Below, piece by piece: positions 49,765 to 62,099 of a DNA stretch of 64,000 nucleotides; positions within the stretch are counted from its first letter, which is position 1; each line of letters begins with the position of its first letter. The notes under the pieces are model-generated. The model did not search any database and was not told where the DNA came from. It saw only the letters and a program-made list of their open reading frames with translations. Source of the stretch: Chara braunii (taxonomy: Eukaryota > Plantae > Charophyceae); contig BFEA01000046.1 in assembly GCA_003427395.1 (NCBI GenBank), positions 517,279-581,278 on the forward strand, given 5' to 3'. A program made the position numbers and the translations under genes.

Positions 49765-52256
49765 TAATCACGTCGGAGGGTCCATCTATCTGGTTCCTGA
49801 CTATGTCTAGGACTTCCTGTGGGCTGTAGCAAGGCGGAGACAGGGCAGCGAGGCTGGGAGACGGAGGGAGAGTGAGAGCACACACACACGCTCACTCCAC
49901 TCGACGCAGACTCGGCACGACTCGACGAACGAAGACACGAAGTGGCAAAGTCGCAAAGTCGCAGTCTTCGATTCCTGAACACAATGTCGAAGCATAGTCA
50001 CACTGAACGCAAGCAATGAGGCTGAAAACTGGTTGCCCGTACTAGGCTTGAGTCCGGTCTTAAGTACCGTACTCAAGTTCAGTCCCGAGGGCAAAAGTGC
50101 GAATTGCCTCAGGGCTGAGTCTGGGCGCCAGAATGCCGGATGGCGCCAAGTATCGAAATCCAAAAGTGCCAAAAGAGGAATTGAGAACGGGCGTCAACTG
50201 CAAAGGGCGCCAACTACAGAGGGCGCCAACAGTCAGGGGCCTGAGAACAAAGACCCAAAAATGAAATAGCAGCCTGGCGGGTGGTACCCCGCGGACCAGG
50301 GATTGAGCCCTGGTCGAATCCGTAACGCTATCCCCTTCCTCTGGAAGGCAACATCCCAGCTGCCAAAGACCTGATGAACAACCGTGAAGGACGGGACGGG
50401 GTCGATCACTGGTCAGAAAAGGAAAGGGGGAGTAATGCAAGTAACAAGGTAATCTTTCTGATGGTGTACAAGTGTGAAGGTATCAATGTTCAAGTAACAG
50501 GGTAGTTGAGGTGCTACGAGGTTGAAGTAACAGGTAGCAGGGCAATACTATTGATGTTCTACGGGAATGAGGGAATCAATGCTCGAGTAACAGGGTAATC
50601 CTATTGAGGTTCTAGGTGAGGGTAGCAGTTTTTAGATAACAGGGTAATCCTATTGAGGTTCTACAAGGGTGAGGGTAGCAATGTTTAGGTAACAGGGTAT
50701 TCCTATTGAAGTTCTACAAGGTTGAGGGTAGCAATGTTCAAGTATCAGGGTGATCCTATTGAGGTTCTACAAGTAACAGTGCAGTCCTATTGATGTTCTA
50801 TAAGGTTATAGGTTGTCGGGTTTGAGAAAAAGAAAAAGAAAAATAGTTTGTTCAATGCTCAAGGGCTGGGGTGTCTGAGGAATCTGGGGACAACAAAGTC
50901 TTAGGTCTGTAACAAAGTGTCAAAATGCGAAAAATGTCTTGAGGAAGGTCTTTTGAGGTCTTGATCAGATCCAGGATAGGTGAGAGAACCGGTCTTCAGC
51001 GGCTGCAACAGGTAGTTGTCGAATGTTCAAGCTGTGGAAAAGCGAAGTAGGAGTAGAAGTGTCCAAAGTCCAAGTGTTGGAATGTGTCCGGTTCATGAAC
51101 TGCAAGGAGGTCTGGTCCGGTAGCAAGGAAGTCGCGGACTGATGTGAAGGTCCAAATCATATGTCACTGCTCCAGTAAGTCCGCGAGTTCAGATGTCGGC
51201 CAAGGAAACAGCATCGTGGCCAAACCAGCTGCATTATCGTCATGATCATGAGGCAGCAGGCCATCGTCCTTGTGCGCTTGTCATTATATCCTTATCGTCG
51301 GCGTCGCGCAGGTCCACAACCATTGGTCAAGAGAGACAAAGAGTGTGGTAGAGGATAGATGGGAAGGACTAGGCTGAGGCAAGGGCGGATCAGACAACGA
51401 GAGATCAAGATCAAGGGTAGGGGTTAGGCTGGGTTTAGGGGTGGTGTGTGTAGAGTAGGTATGTACAGGTTGCGGCATATGCAAGTAGATAGCTATTAGA
51501 CAGGGTGGGTACGATCATAGGCACGGACGAGTTTCATAGTGTTCTTTAGATTTGAGTTCCCATGTTGATTCTTCATCAGGGTATCCTATCCATTTTAGTT
51601 TGTAGCTTGTGATAGGCTTGGGGTGGTTGGATACCTGAGTTGTTCTACGACCGATGATTGACTCCACAGAGAATTCAGAACAGGTGGGAAGCATGATAGG
51701 CGTTGGACGAGGATGAGGGCGATCAGAGAACTGAGGAGGTGATTCATGGAATTCTTTCAAATATTCTACATGGAAGAGGATGGGCACAGTTCATGTCAGG
51801 AGGGAGTTGGAGCTTGTAATCTACAGCGGATATTTTTTCAATGATGGGGAATGGACCGAGCCACTTGTTCGAGAGTTTCTTGGACAAGCCTTGTTCGGGA
51901 TCAAAGCGTTTGGTAGAGAGCAAGACTTTGTTTCGAATATGGAAAGTGGCGTCACGACGATGTTTGTTCGATTGCTTGGCTTGTTGTTCCCGAGTTCATT
52001 GAATAGATTCGGTGGCTTCTCTTAGCAGGCGGTTCATTGTGGCAACCATTCATTGAGAGAGGGACAGGGAGTAGACAGGTTGAGCTGCGAGGGCGGCAAG
52101 AAGTCAGAGGGCAGGCGAGGATGGTAGCCAAGGTCTAGGTAAAAAGGAGACATGCGAGTGGAGGGGCAAAAAACGTTGTTTTAGGCGATCTCGACAGCGG
52201 AGAGCAGCTGGTCCCAGTCGTGCTGATGGGGATGACAACACTTTTGGAGGATGCGC
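49765..52256 (-). mobile_element. 3' end of gypsy element C: integrase tail, chromodomain, tandem repeat, PPT and LTR (about 49765-50327)
   Basis: DWDQLLSAVEIA...SPFYLDLGYHPRLP; chromodomain FSVESIIGRR...YKLKWIGYPDEESTWE (51515-51787); PPT AGAGGAAGGGGATAG then (C/T)GTTACGG. Confidence 0.8.
50440..50810. repeat. About 40-47-bp degenerate tandem repeat in the 3' UTR of element C
   Basis: Recurring GTAACAGGGTAATCCTATTGAGGTTCTACAAG...GAGGGTAGCAATGTT. Confidence 0.85.
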
Positions 52257-52840
52257 TGTCGGTGTGAATACCCTTACAAGGGTATCCGCCCTGGTTTTTA
52301 CAAGTGACAGAAAATAGGTTTGGTTTAAAGTTTAAGTATTATGCGCAAGGCGCGGTTGCGTCTGTAGTTTACGTTGGCTAGATGGTTGACTAAAGTAGAG
52401 AGTGTGTGGACGCACAGGCTTAAGGCGCGCGTGATCTCTTTCGTTTTTGATGATTGTGGAAACCAGCGTTGATCGCCGGCCAGATGTTTTTTTATTATTA
52501 CTTTTTTGATTAAATTAGGGTTAAAAAGATTGTGTCTCGTTGATTGATGCGCTTGCCTGTGACTTATGCGTACGTGCGGAGGGCGACGTCGACAACAGGG
52601 TGATTTTGAAAACGTTTTGGTAAGTCTGCACGCCGCGCAGTATCCGTTTATTTAAGCGTCTGTTGAACTAGGCCCGACCTTGGGCCTAACACTAGTAGTT
52701 ACGACATCGGACTTTCATCAGAGGAATTCAGGGATCGAAATCGAATGGCGACAGCGCAGGAATATCAGAGTAGCGTGAGGAGACCGAGCCGTTGAGGGTC
52801 CCGCGTTGCCTTGTGCGGTGCCGGACCGATGCGCTCGATA
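52257..52840 (+). repeat. 5' LTR (584 bp) of gypsy element D
   Basis: Starts TGTCGGTGTGAATACCCTTACAAGGGTAT, ends GATGCGCTCGATA, and is followed by a PBS. Confidence 0.85.
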
Positions 52841-52842
52841 GG

Positions 52843-52860
52843 TGGCGCCATTGTTGGGGA
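52843..52860 (+). promoter_or_regulatory. Primer-binding site, tRNA-Asp type
   Basis: TGGCGCCATTGTTGGGGA, 2 nt after the LTR end; three transitions from TGGCGCCGTTGCCGGGGA. Confidence 0.8.
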
Positions 52861-53211
52861 TAACGGAAGCCTACCGTTGTCCCGTGTGGAACGACATCTG
52901 GGTATAAGATTGAGAGAGAAATAGGCATATTACCGGGCTAATTATGATGGATAAGTATTAATAATGTAATAAGTTTTATCCTTGATCTGATTGGTTGTCT
53001 GGGTTAGAGAATCACGAAGGAAACCCTATAGTGAGAATGGGGGCCTATTAAGATGAGTTCAAAAGGAAAGAATAGGTAGTACTACTCAGTCTGAATCGCT
53101 AAGAGACTGTTTAGGAAGCTCGATAGGCGTCATGATAAGTTAGGACGCTGAATGAAAGTTTTTTTCCTTATTCTTCTTAACAGGAAAATTTGAGAAAAAG
53201 GTTCGGCCAAG

Positions 53212-56200
53212 ATGTCAGGAGGCATAGTTGGTGGTACCGGGAAGGTCCTGACGATCGACGACTTGGTCGAAGCCTTGGACAGGCGTGAAAGGTCACAGAG
53301 CAATGTTCCCAAGGTCGACACCTTCCATTTCAATGGGGAACGGGTCTTTGATGGTTGGACTTAGTAGAACAAGCGCTGGTGGGACTATCAGACGCGGTGA
53401 AATTTCAGCGGATTTTGAAGTATGTGCTCCATGGCCATCACCAGGAGGTAGAGAAGGTTGTGAACGCAACTAATGGCAGTTGGGCGAGATTCAAAGACGG
53501 GATGCAAAGGAAGTACAGGCTGGGTGATGGCCTGCTAACCACTACGGACTTGGAAGCCATGAATAGGGATGAATTCACCACAGTAAGGGCTTTCGTGCAA
53601 GAGTTTAAAAAGCAGGCGAGGAAGGTGCCTGGAATTTCTGAGGAAGCGCAGTGTGCTATTTTCATGGGATTGCTCACTGCGTCGGAAGCGTCAGAGCTGA
53701 CGAGCCATGGAGGAGGGAGTGCGAAGCCCACCTGGGCCACTATCGACAAAGGGGTCGAGGAAGGAAGTCTGGACCAGGTGGAACAGTATTAGATGCGCTT
53801 GCAAAGGCGAAAGAGGAAAAAACGAGATGCAATCGCTTCAGGACCCCTAAGAGTGAAAAGGATCGTCACCGACGTACTTGCAGAGTTGGGCTATGGGAAA
53901 GACGAGGTGATACAAAAGAAAGTGGTGACGGCAATCCAGGGAAAAGAGAAGGATCCAGAGATAGAGGAAGTCGTCCAAGAGGAGTGGGAAGACGAGGAGC
54001 CGGTGCCCCAACACCTCTCGAAGGCGCTACACAAACAACGCAACTTAACGCAGGGGGGCCAAGGCTCAGGAAAGGGGCAGGCGCCCCAAGAGTGGTAGTA
54101 GCATCGGCAAGTGCGTCGGCTCCGTCAAGTAGTGCGAGGGTCGTACCAACATTCGGACAGTGGCCATGACTTGTGTTCAACACCTTTGTGCCATGGGGAA
54201 GCCCGACTTCATCTGGGCAGATGGTACCATACGCTGGGCCCCAAGCGAGTATGCCACCGCCAAGTGATCCCGCAGCTCAGGCCCTGCCCGTGGCACCGCC
54301 TCTGTCGCCCGCGCTGAGTTCACAAGGTAGTGTGGCTGGTGGAGGTAATCAAGGGAATGGAGGAAGAGGCGGCGGGAGAGGACGCGGCAGAAATGGCGGT
54401 GGCCGAGGAGGTCAATGGGACAACGAGGGCTACCAGGGCCAGGGAAATCAAGGAAATCAAGGGAGCCAGGGAAGTGGGAGGTCCCGTTTTGATTGGAGAA
54501 ACGCTATATGTCAACATTGTGACAAATAAGGCCATACTATACGGTTATGCAATAATAGGCGGAAAGATGAAAGAGTAGGACTGATTTATTCCAATATGGA
54601 TGGTGATATATACGATCAGCTCGGAGAATATATCGACCGGAAGGTTCCGGGTGGAGTAAGGGCGGAGGCCGAAAAAAGGATAGTTGCGTCGCAAGCGCCG
54701 CCTGCCACATTCAGGTTGTTGCAGGAGAAGGACGACCCACCAATTAGAGTGGAAGAGGTGGAAAGTGATGAAGAGGTAACTCAAAGGCTACGGGCTAGAC
54801 TTATAAAGGAGGAGCCCATAGTCGTTGAGTCCGACGAAGAGGCGAGAATAAAAGAGTAGAGCCAGCATCCATCCTTCTGGGGAAGATGGAAGACTTATGG
54901 GAGAAAATGGGCCAGTACCAGCAGAAGTTGGTAGATATTTGCCAAAGTCTTTCTTTATGAGTCTGACCCGGAATCGATGCCAGGGCGACCCGGGGTATCT
55001 ACCGTGGGATCAGGACCTCGGTCTGGAATGATGGTTAGACCCCCTACGACGCAAGGAAGACTGGCACAGGCAGCTCGTATTGGAGGTCAGGCTAAGGCTA
55101 GTGCCAGCCAGGAACCTTCGCAGAAAGAGCCAGAGCCTGAGAAGAGAAAGGAGGTCGCAGAGGTAGAGGATGAGGAGGAGGAGGAAGAGGAGGATGATAG
55201 ACTGTGCCAGGAAGAGGACCAGAGGGCGGAGCAAAGGGCCAAGAAAAGAGGAGCCCAGGAAGAAGCCGAACCAGTTTTGCGCGATGCAGGGCCAAGGAAA
55301 GAGAAGTATGCGGTCCGGTTGGAGGAAGGGTTCGATGTAGAGAAGGTAATTGACAGGTTACTTGATGGTCATAACGACCTGGTGACCTTGAAAGAGATCC
55401 TGGCTTCTACTCCTAAGCTCCACAACGAGCTGAAAGGAAGGCTCTCGCGGCGCTTAGTGCCGAATGTCCATCTAAGTGTGATTCTGCCAAAGGAGGCGGA
55501 ATGAGCGGAGACAGGGACGAAGATGGACTGGAAGTGTGTGGCCTGCGGCATGGTGGATTTGGTGGTGAAAGGCTCCAAGTGCGCGGCAATGGTGGACACA
55601 GGAGCAGAGATAAACATCATCCGAGAGGCTGATGCACTCAGGTTTGGATTAGAAATAGACGTTCAGATTGTGGCATTTTACATGGAGCCAACTGCAAGGT
55701 GGTGTTTTGTGGGATAGCCTCGAACGTACTTATCGAGGTTGGAAGAGTGAAAGCCAGGGTATGCTTCTTTGTCATGCCAGATGTGGACCTTGACATCCTT
55801 TTGGGAAGGTCATTCCTGTGCAGGACAGAAACGTTGATGTTTAATAAACACGACGGAACTATGATCCTAATTATGCGTGATCCGGCATGTGGGGATTACG
55901 AAATAATCACTTGCCGGAACACTGGTCCACGAAACATAAGGAACCGGCTTAATCCTGACTCGTTTACGATCGAAAAATCTGAGGATGAGTGCCGAAGACT
56001 CCTTGTGGAGCCAGAGGAGGAAAATAGGGGCGAGGCATTTTCCCTCAGTCTATCGGATGTAAACAAGGTCATGGATATGCTGGCGAGATGGCGGATCCAG
56101 ACGCCATTCAAGCATTGAGGGAGCAGGTCCTGGAGTGTCCCCAGGCTGGGGAACTGGAGCTGGTCTATTGACTTCCGGGCGGAAGGAGGGACCCTGCAAT

Positions 56201-56991
56201 GATGCAGGCACAAGCTGTAAGCCGACCTTTTTTAGGGGACGGCTCAAGCAGGATGCCCAAAGGCGGTACAAGACGATAGATAAGAAGTGTCGCTCAGTTC
56301 CCGTCCTCGTCACGGAAGATGACGAGGTTTATTATAAACGAGAATGAGGATTGATGCGGCGCATGAGGGAGCAAGCAGCAGCGGGGTCGTGCCGTATCAA
56401 TGAAGAGAATGAGGAGTAATGACGATCAGCGAGAGCGGTTGGACGTGGACAAGATTCCCATGATGCAGATACATACCGTGCCACATGAGCCATGAAATTT
56501 GAGAGGGGCACGGTATCCCAATCCTGACGAGGAGAAGAAGGTAGTGGATTACCTCAACGGCAAGATACGTACGCATGCCACCGACTACGCCCCCATGATT
56601 TTGTTTTGTTAAGCCTAACGAGACGCTGCGGTGGGTGCAAGATTTGCAGCGGCTGAATGCGGTGACTGTGCGAGATGCGGGAGGTTTGCCAAATGTAGAC
56701 GCGTTGTCAGAATCCTATGCAGGGAGGCCTATAATTTCACTTATAGACCTCTACTCAGGGTATGACCAGTTTCCAGTCTACCCGCCAGACAGGCCGGTGA
56801 CGGCGATGCACACACCTAGAGGGCTGATCCATATGAATGTGGCTCCACAAGGATGGACTAATGTGGTGGCAACGGTGCAGCGACATATGATTCGAGCCAT
56901 GCAATCGGTCAGCCCGCATGTCACTCAACTGTATATCGACGACTTGGCGACAAAGGGGCTAAGAGAGGAAAGCAGAGAGAGAGACCTTTGA
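53212..56991 (+). pseudogene. Degenerate gag-protease-RT of element D, truncated after the RT YIDD motif
   Basis: gag WARFKDGMQRKY, RGG-rich region, broken knuckle CQHCDK*GHTIRLC; protease MVDTGAEIN...ILLGRSFL; RT QDLQRLNAVT...IDLYSGYDQ...PQGWTN...LYIDDL. Confidence 0.92.
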
Positions 56992-57126
56992 GTTCAGGGC
57001 ACTACCAAACTCACCACGTTGCCAACAACAATTGTGAAGCCCATGACAGTGGTCGTGCAATTATCAGTCGAAGGGGGGCAGCAGACAGCTAGTAGCGAGC
57101 CGATTTAGGGTTCAGGGGAAGGGTCT

Positions 57127-57648
57127 ATGGATGTGCTTCTTGAGGCAGTTGACACGATCCAGGAAGAGGCGAGTCTATTTTCGCCTAAGCAGAGGGTGGA
57201 GGAAACGCCTCAGAGAGAGATGGCGATCGCGATAGAGAGCATCATTGAGGGTAGGCGACAGAGGCTGGATACTCCTAAGTTCAGACCTGAGGGAGTTAGG
57301 ATACGGGCAGGGCCGAGTACTCAGGGGGTGGATGTGATATCTGAGGAGCCTATGGACGTGCCCCAGAGCTATGAAATGAGCAGAGAGGCTAGCGAGGCAC
57401 CTTCGTCGTCACGGTTTCAGAGAAAGAAGAAGAGGCTAAGAAAGTCGTACAACCCGACCTGCTTTTTCTGCAAAAAAGGGGAACATAGGGCCTTGCAGTG
57501 TCCTAAGTTTTTGAAGGACAAGGCAGCGGGGAACGTTATTGAGAGTGATGGTAAGATGTATGATAAACGGGGTAGAATAGTAGAGCGATCTGCCGATGGG
57601 GGCAAAGCTCAATTATATAGGCAAAACGAGGAGGAGATGACAGAGTAG
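57127..57648 (+). pseudogene. Second gag C-terminal fragment with CCHC knuckle
   Basis: CFFCKKGEHRALQC followed by DGKMYDKRG, similar to the other two gag ends in the window. Stop, then non-coding DNA. Confidence 0.75.
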
Positions 57649-60600
57649 GGACTGGTTTACATATATGTAGATTACTGTTAGGATAACATGAAAATGAGTA
57701 GAATGTGTGCATTAAGGTAGAGGTTTGACTGTATCGTTGCTTCTGATTTTTGTATTCTTAAGGGTCTGGATGTTTACGCTGTTAGCTGTATACATAGATG
57801 ATTATAGCGTATGATTTTCATTGAGATTCTTTCTAGAGATATAAAAGTCAGGATCATGTAAGATAACATGTGTATATCATGTAAGATAACATGTGTATGA
57901 TGAGGATATTTTTTCTTGACTTTGACATTCAGATTCAGTACTTGTCTCAGCGACGTTTCTAAACGAGTATGGTTGGCTATGTACCATATTGACAATAACA
58001 CTGATTGATCCGAGTGAGTTATGGATCTGGGCTACTATGCGCGTTTTTTGGATGAGATATTTCGTTCCTGAGTGTATTTTTGAGTTGAGTTTTATCCGAG
58101 ACTATCAACCTGTATATGATGATCACAATCACTCTCACATGTGTGGTTTTATCCTAATGTATGATGGCTTTGTGTGAGAGATGTATGAGAAACATCTCGT
58201 GTGCTATGTATTTTATGAATGTGAATGGATGTAAATTGCCTACTCTTCGGTATATTCGTGCGATCTGCCCACGAGCGGATGATAGGGCCGGGTACAAGGA
58301 GAGGAAGTGCAATTTGTTTTTGTGAAAAGTGTGAGAATCCTACGGGATTTATGAGTCTTTGAGACTTGAATACTTACCATGCCAAATGTTTCTTGTTGAG
58401 TTGTGGTGGGGACCCATAAGTTGGTCTCTCGGTTTGAGCTGTTTTATGGTTGAGACACTTTTGAGTAAAAAGGTAACTTTGTGCTTATTTGGAAACTCAT
58501 CTTCAGAGAGGGAAGATGTTTTAAAAGAAAGGTCGCATGAGAGTTCATCTTAGAAAGGGAAGGGATGGTTGGGAGACCTATTGAGTGAGACCTCCTTCAT
58601 ATGAAAGGTGGTTAATAGATTTAATGGTATGAAAAACTGATTTTAAAGGATAAAGACTGACAAGAAGGACTACGTTTCGTTTGGCCATTGGTGGAATTTT
58701 GGGGATCGCAAAAATGATTTATTTGGGAGATGTCGCTGAGAGGGGGTCTTCTTGCTCTGATCAAGTAAGGAGGTCACGGTCTTGTGAGTCTGGCGGTGAT
58801 TTTGTTTTGTGAATGTGGAGAGGTTACCGTGATTCTCTGTGTTGTCCCACAGAGGATTGGTAAATACCTTATGTGTGACAGACCTTTGCGCAGTCCCGCA
58901 ATAGGCTTGTATTGTTGCGACACACCGTCCAACCACTTGTGCTAATCTTAGGATATTTATGAGAATACCAAGCTAACGGTAAAGTTTAGCATGACTATGG
59001 TGCAACCCCTAGTCAGCCTCCCCCCAAAAAATTGAGTAAAAAGAAAGCCCATGAGAAAATAAGGCCCCCGGGGTAAATCGGAGAAAAGGAGCCCACTATG
59101 GGGGAAGAATGCGAGTAAAAGGGAACTCCCATGGGCATGAGAGAACCAAGACTGCAGTCCGAGTTACAACGGACTGCACCAAGAGGATATGAAGGGCCAA
59201 AACTAAGAGGAAGGGCCTATAAAAGGGCCTTAACGGCTAGTTGACACATGACATGCAAAAAGAAAAAGAAAAGAAAAAGAAAAATGAGGGAGAATAAGAC
59301 AAAATGGGTGAGAGGGAATGAGTGAGTTGGTCGTCAGTTGCGACTGCAGCAAGTAGGGACTGGCAGGTTCCTACTGTCCACAATGGAGAAAGGAGAAGAA
59401 AAAGAAAAAGAAAAAGAAAGAGAGAGGAAAAGACAAAAAGACACTAACAGTAAAAAACGGTCACTTGGGGAGATGCATCCGTGACCAGATTCATCCTGGA
59501 ATATGGTGGTTGCAAAGGATATTGACTTTCTTTGATTTTTGCAGAGAACATCAAAGAAAATTAATGTCTCATGCAACCGAAAAATCACGGATTACATGGG
59601 GGAGGTGAAACACATGTTCTAGGGTCATCCGGAGCCAAAATCAAGTCCGGATGCATCCGGGAGTTGGCTGTTTGTTTTCTTTCAAGTAATGGGCTAGTTG
59701 TGAGAGAGTGGGGCTAGAGAATTGACCCCTACTACAGTCTGAATAACAACGGACCGCATAAAAATGCCTAGGCTAAGGGGAAATAAGCTACGGCAAGGCC
59801 AATGGGCTAGAAAAAGGAAGATTTCGGCATGGGGCAAACGGAGACGGTAAACGGCGACCGTGAGATGAGATCTCACGACCATAAAAAATCGGCACGCAAG
59901 GGAGGGATGTTGGGACCACCGAGGATAAGGGGACCACAAAATAAAGTGAGGCACCATCCGGGATGTTGCCGGAGACCAAGTGGACCCAAATAATAAAAGT
60001 CGGAAAACGGGACGTGCGCCGGTGGGGCTACCGGCGGGACGAGAAAACGGAACTAGTACGGAGGAGGTGGCGGGGACTTGGGTTGTCCCAAGGGAACCAT
60101 GAGCCAAGAGCAAAATAATAATAATAATGGTGCGAGCGAACAGCACCATCAAGATCAAGGATCTAAACGACGAAAAATAATGGCGCTGCTAGTGCCAACG
60201 CCAGTGGGGGAAACTAGGTTAGGCATGGGAGAGAAGAGAGTAAAATAATAATGGAGGAGAGGGCTGTTCAGCAGTCCGAGATATATCGGACTAGCAAGGC
60301 ATGAGAAAATGGAGCCTCAAGAGGCTCAAATCAGAAAAAAAAGGTTGTCCGAAGAAAAACGGAGCAAGGGGGCTCAACTTTGGGCCAAACGGAGGCAAAA
60401 TGGAGCCCCCTAGGGACATGGGGATGCCATTATGGTAATCCGAGATGCAACGGCCTGGTACCTGCCATGAATTTGGCCTTTAATGGGGTTCTAGAGATTA
60501 GGAAGGAGGGTGCACAACTATTTGACACTTATCACAGCGGAAATAAAGAAAAAAATAGAAAAATGAAAGAAAATGGAGGGAAAATGAGACATAAGGGGAT

Positions 60601-61840
60601 AAATGAGTGGAGGGAAATGTGCCGGCCTGTTTGGACTGCTGCAGTAGGGATTGGCAGGTCCCTACAATGACCTCATCCCTCCTAGATTCAAGGAGGGCAG
60701 TCCGGATTGCAGAGATATGACCCTTGGGGCATTAGCTCTACAAAATATGAATTAAAAGAGAGAAAATAAGGGAAAATGCAGAAATGAGTTGGCCGGTTTT
60801 CTTTTGGGCCATGAATATGAGATCAGATCTCATGGTGGAGAGAATCTGGCCGTTTTTTATGGGCCAGCAAAAAACGGCTAGCTCCGGAATGAGCTGGCAA
60901 CCCACAATGGAAAGAAACAAAAGAGGAAAGGGGACAAAACTGTGCATTTGGCCCAAAAGGAGAGCCAGAGGCATCAAAAATTGGAAATGTGGACTTTAGG
61001 GCCTAAAATTGAGGCAAGGGGTATCATGGGGGAGCTCGAAATATTGTGAACCTTGGATCTCAACCAGATCCAAGGCTGAAGTTGCTCTGCCACTTGAAAA
61101 AATGCAACGACTTACTCAAAATTATGCCAAAATCAGAAAAATCAAGGAAATGGGTCTCTAGGCACTTGATTTTCAAGTAAGGCTGCTCCTTGGGCATAGG
61201 GACCCTATGAAACAACGTTTTTGAAACTGAAAAGAGGCCAAGGGAGCCAAAGGGTAGTCCGAGTTAGTACCAGCCACCCAGACTGCATGTATCTGGGCAA
61301 AATAAGGCCCGGGTACCTCCCGGAGGGCCAAGTGGTGGAAAATTGCCTTGGGGGTACCTCGGTTCACCTTGAGGCACATAGGGAGGCTCATAGGCTGGGC
61401 GGTGCACCGGTTTCAGCCTATATGAGCTGGGGATTCAGTCCGCCACTGTCACATTTGCATGTGGAGAGCCCATGTTGCTCAAATGAGCATGTGAGAGAGC
61501 TCTATTCACTTGGGAGTGAGGGGAGGTAAATAGCTGCAAGCTTGAAGCTTGGTGATGGTGATAGGTTAGAGGAAGAGACCCTAGTGGCTGGTAGTAGTGA
61601 GGGAGGTAGTCCGCCATAGCCCCCAGGCTGTGGGTAAGAGAGAGAGGCTAGAGGAGGTCCCACTAGCCCTCCTAGAAGGAGGGACTCCGTAGCCAAAGCA
61701 AAAGAGGTCTGCCATAGCTTTACGAGAAGGTGATAGAGAAGGAGGAGATGAGTTTGAGGAGGGTGGAAGCCATAGCAAGGAAGTGAGCATCAAGGTTGAG
61801 ACTCCACCTGCGAGTCAATAATAGAGGTGAGGGAGGGAAA

Positions 61841-61878
<38 letters not shown>

Positions 61879-62099
61879 NNNNNNNNNNNNNNNNNNNNNN
61901 NNNNNNNNNNNNNNNNNNNNNNNNNNTTCCTCTTCTTCTTCTTCTTCTTCTTCTCCCTCTTCTTCTTCTCCTTCTTCCCCTTCCCTTTCATTCTTCTTCA
62001 TCACCTTTTTCTTTTTATTCCTCTCCTTCTTTTTCCCCCTTCCTCTTCTCTTTGATCTCCTCCATCTCTTGATTTCCACCTATTTGGTAAAAGTTTGAG

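Noticed and set aside
58900-59030. Possible LTR boundaries (CGACA at 58918-58922; minus-strand GGGGGGAGGC-TGACTAGG near 59015)
   Set aside because: No partner LTR, PBS or TSD in the window to confirm either.
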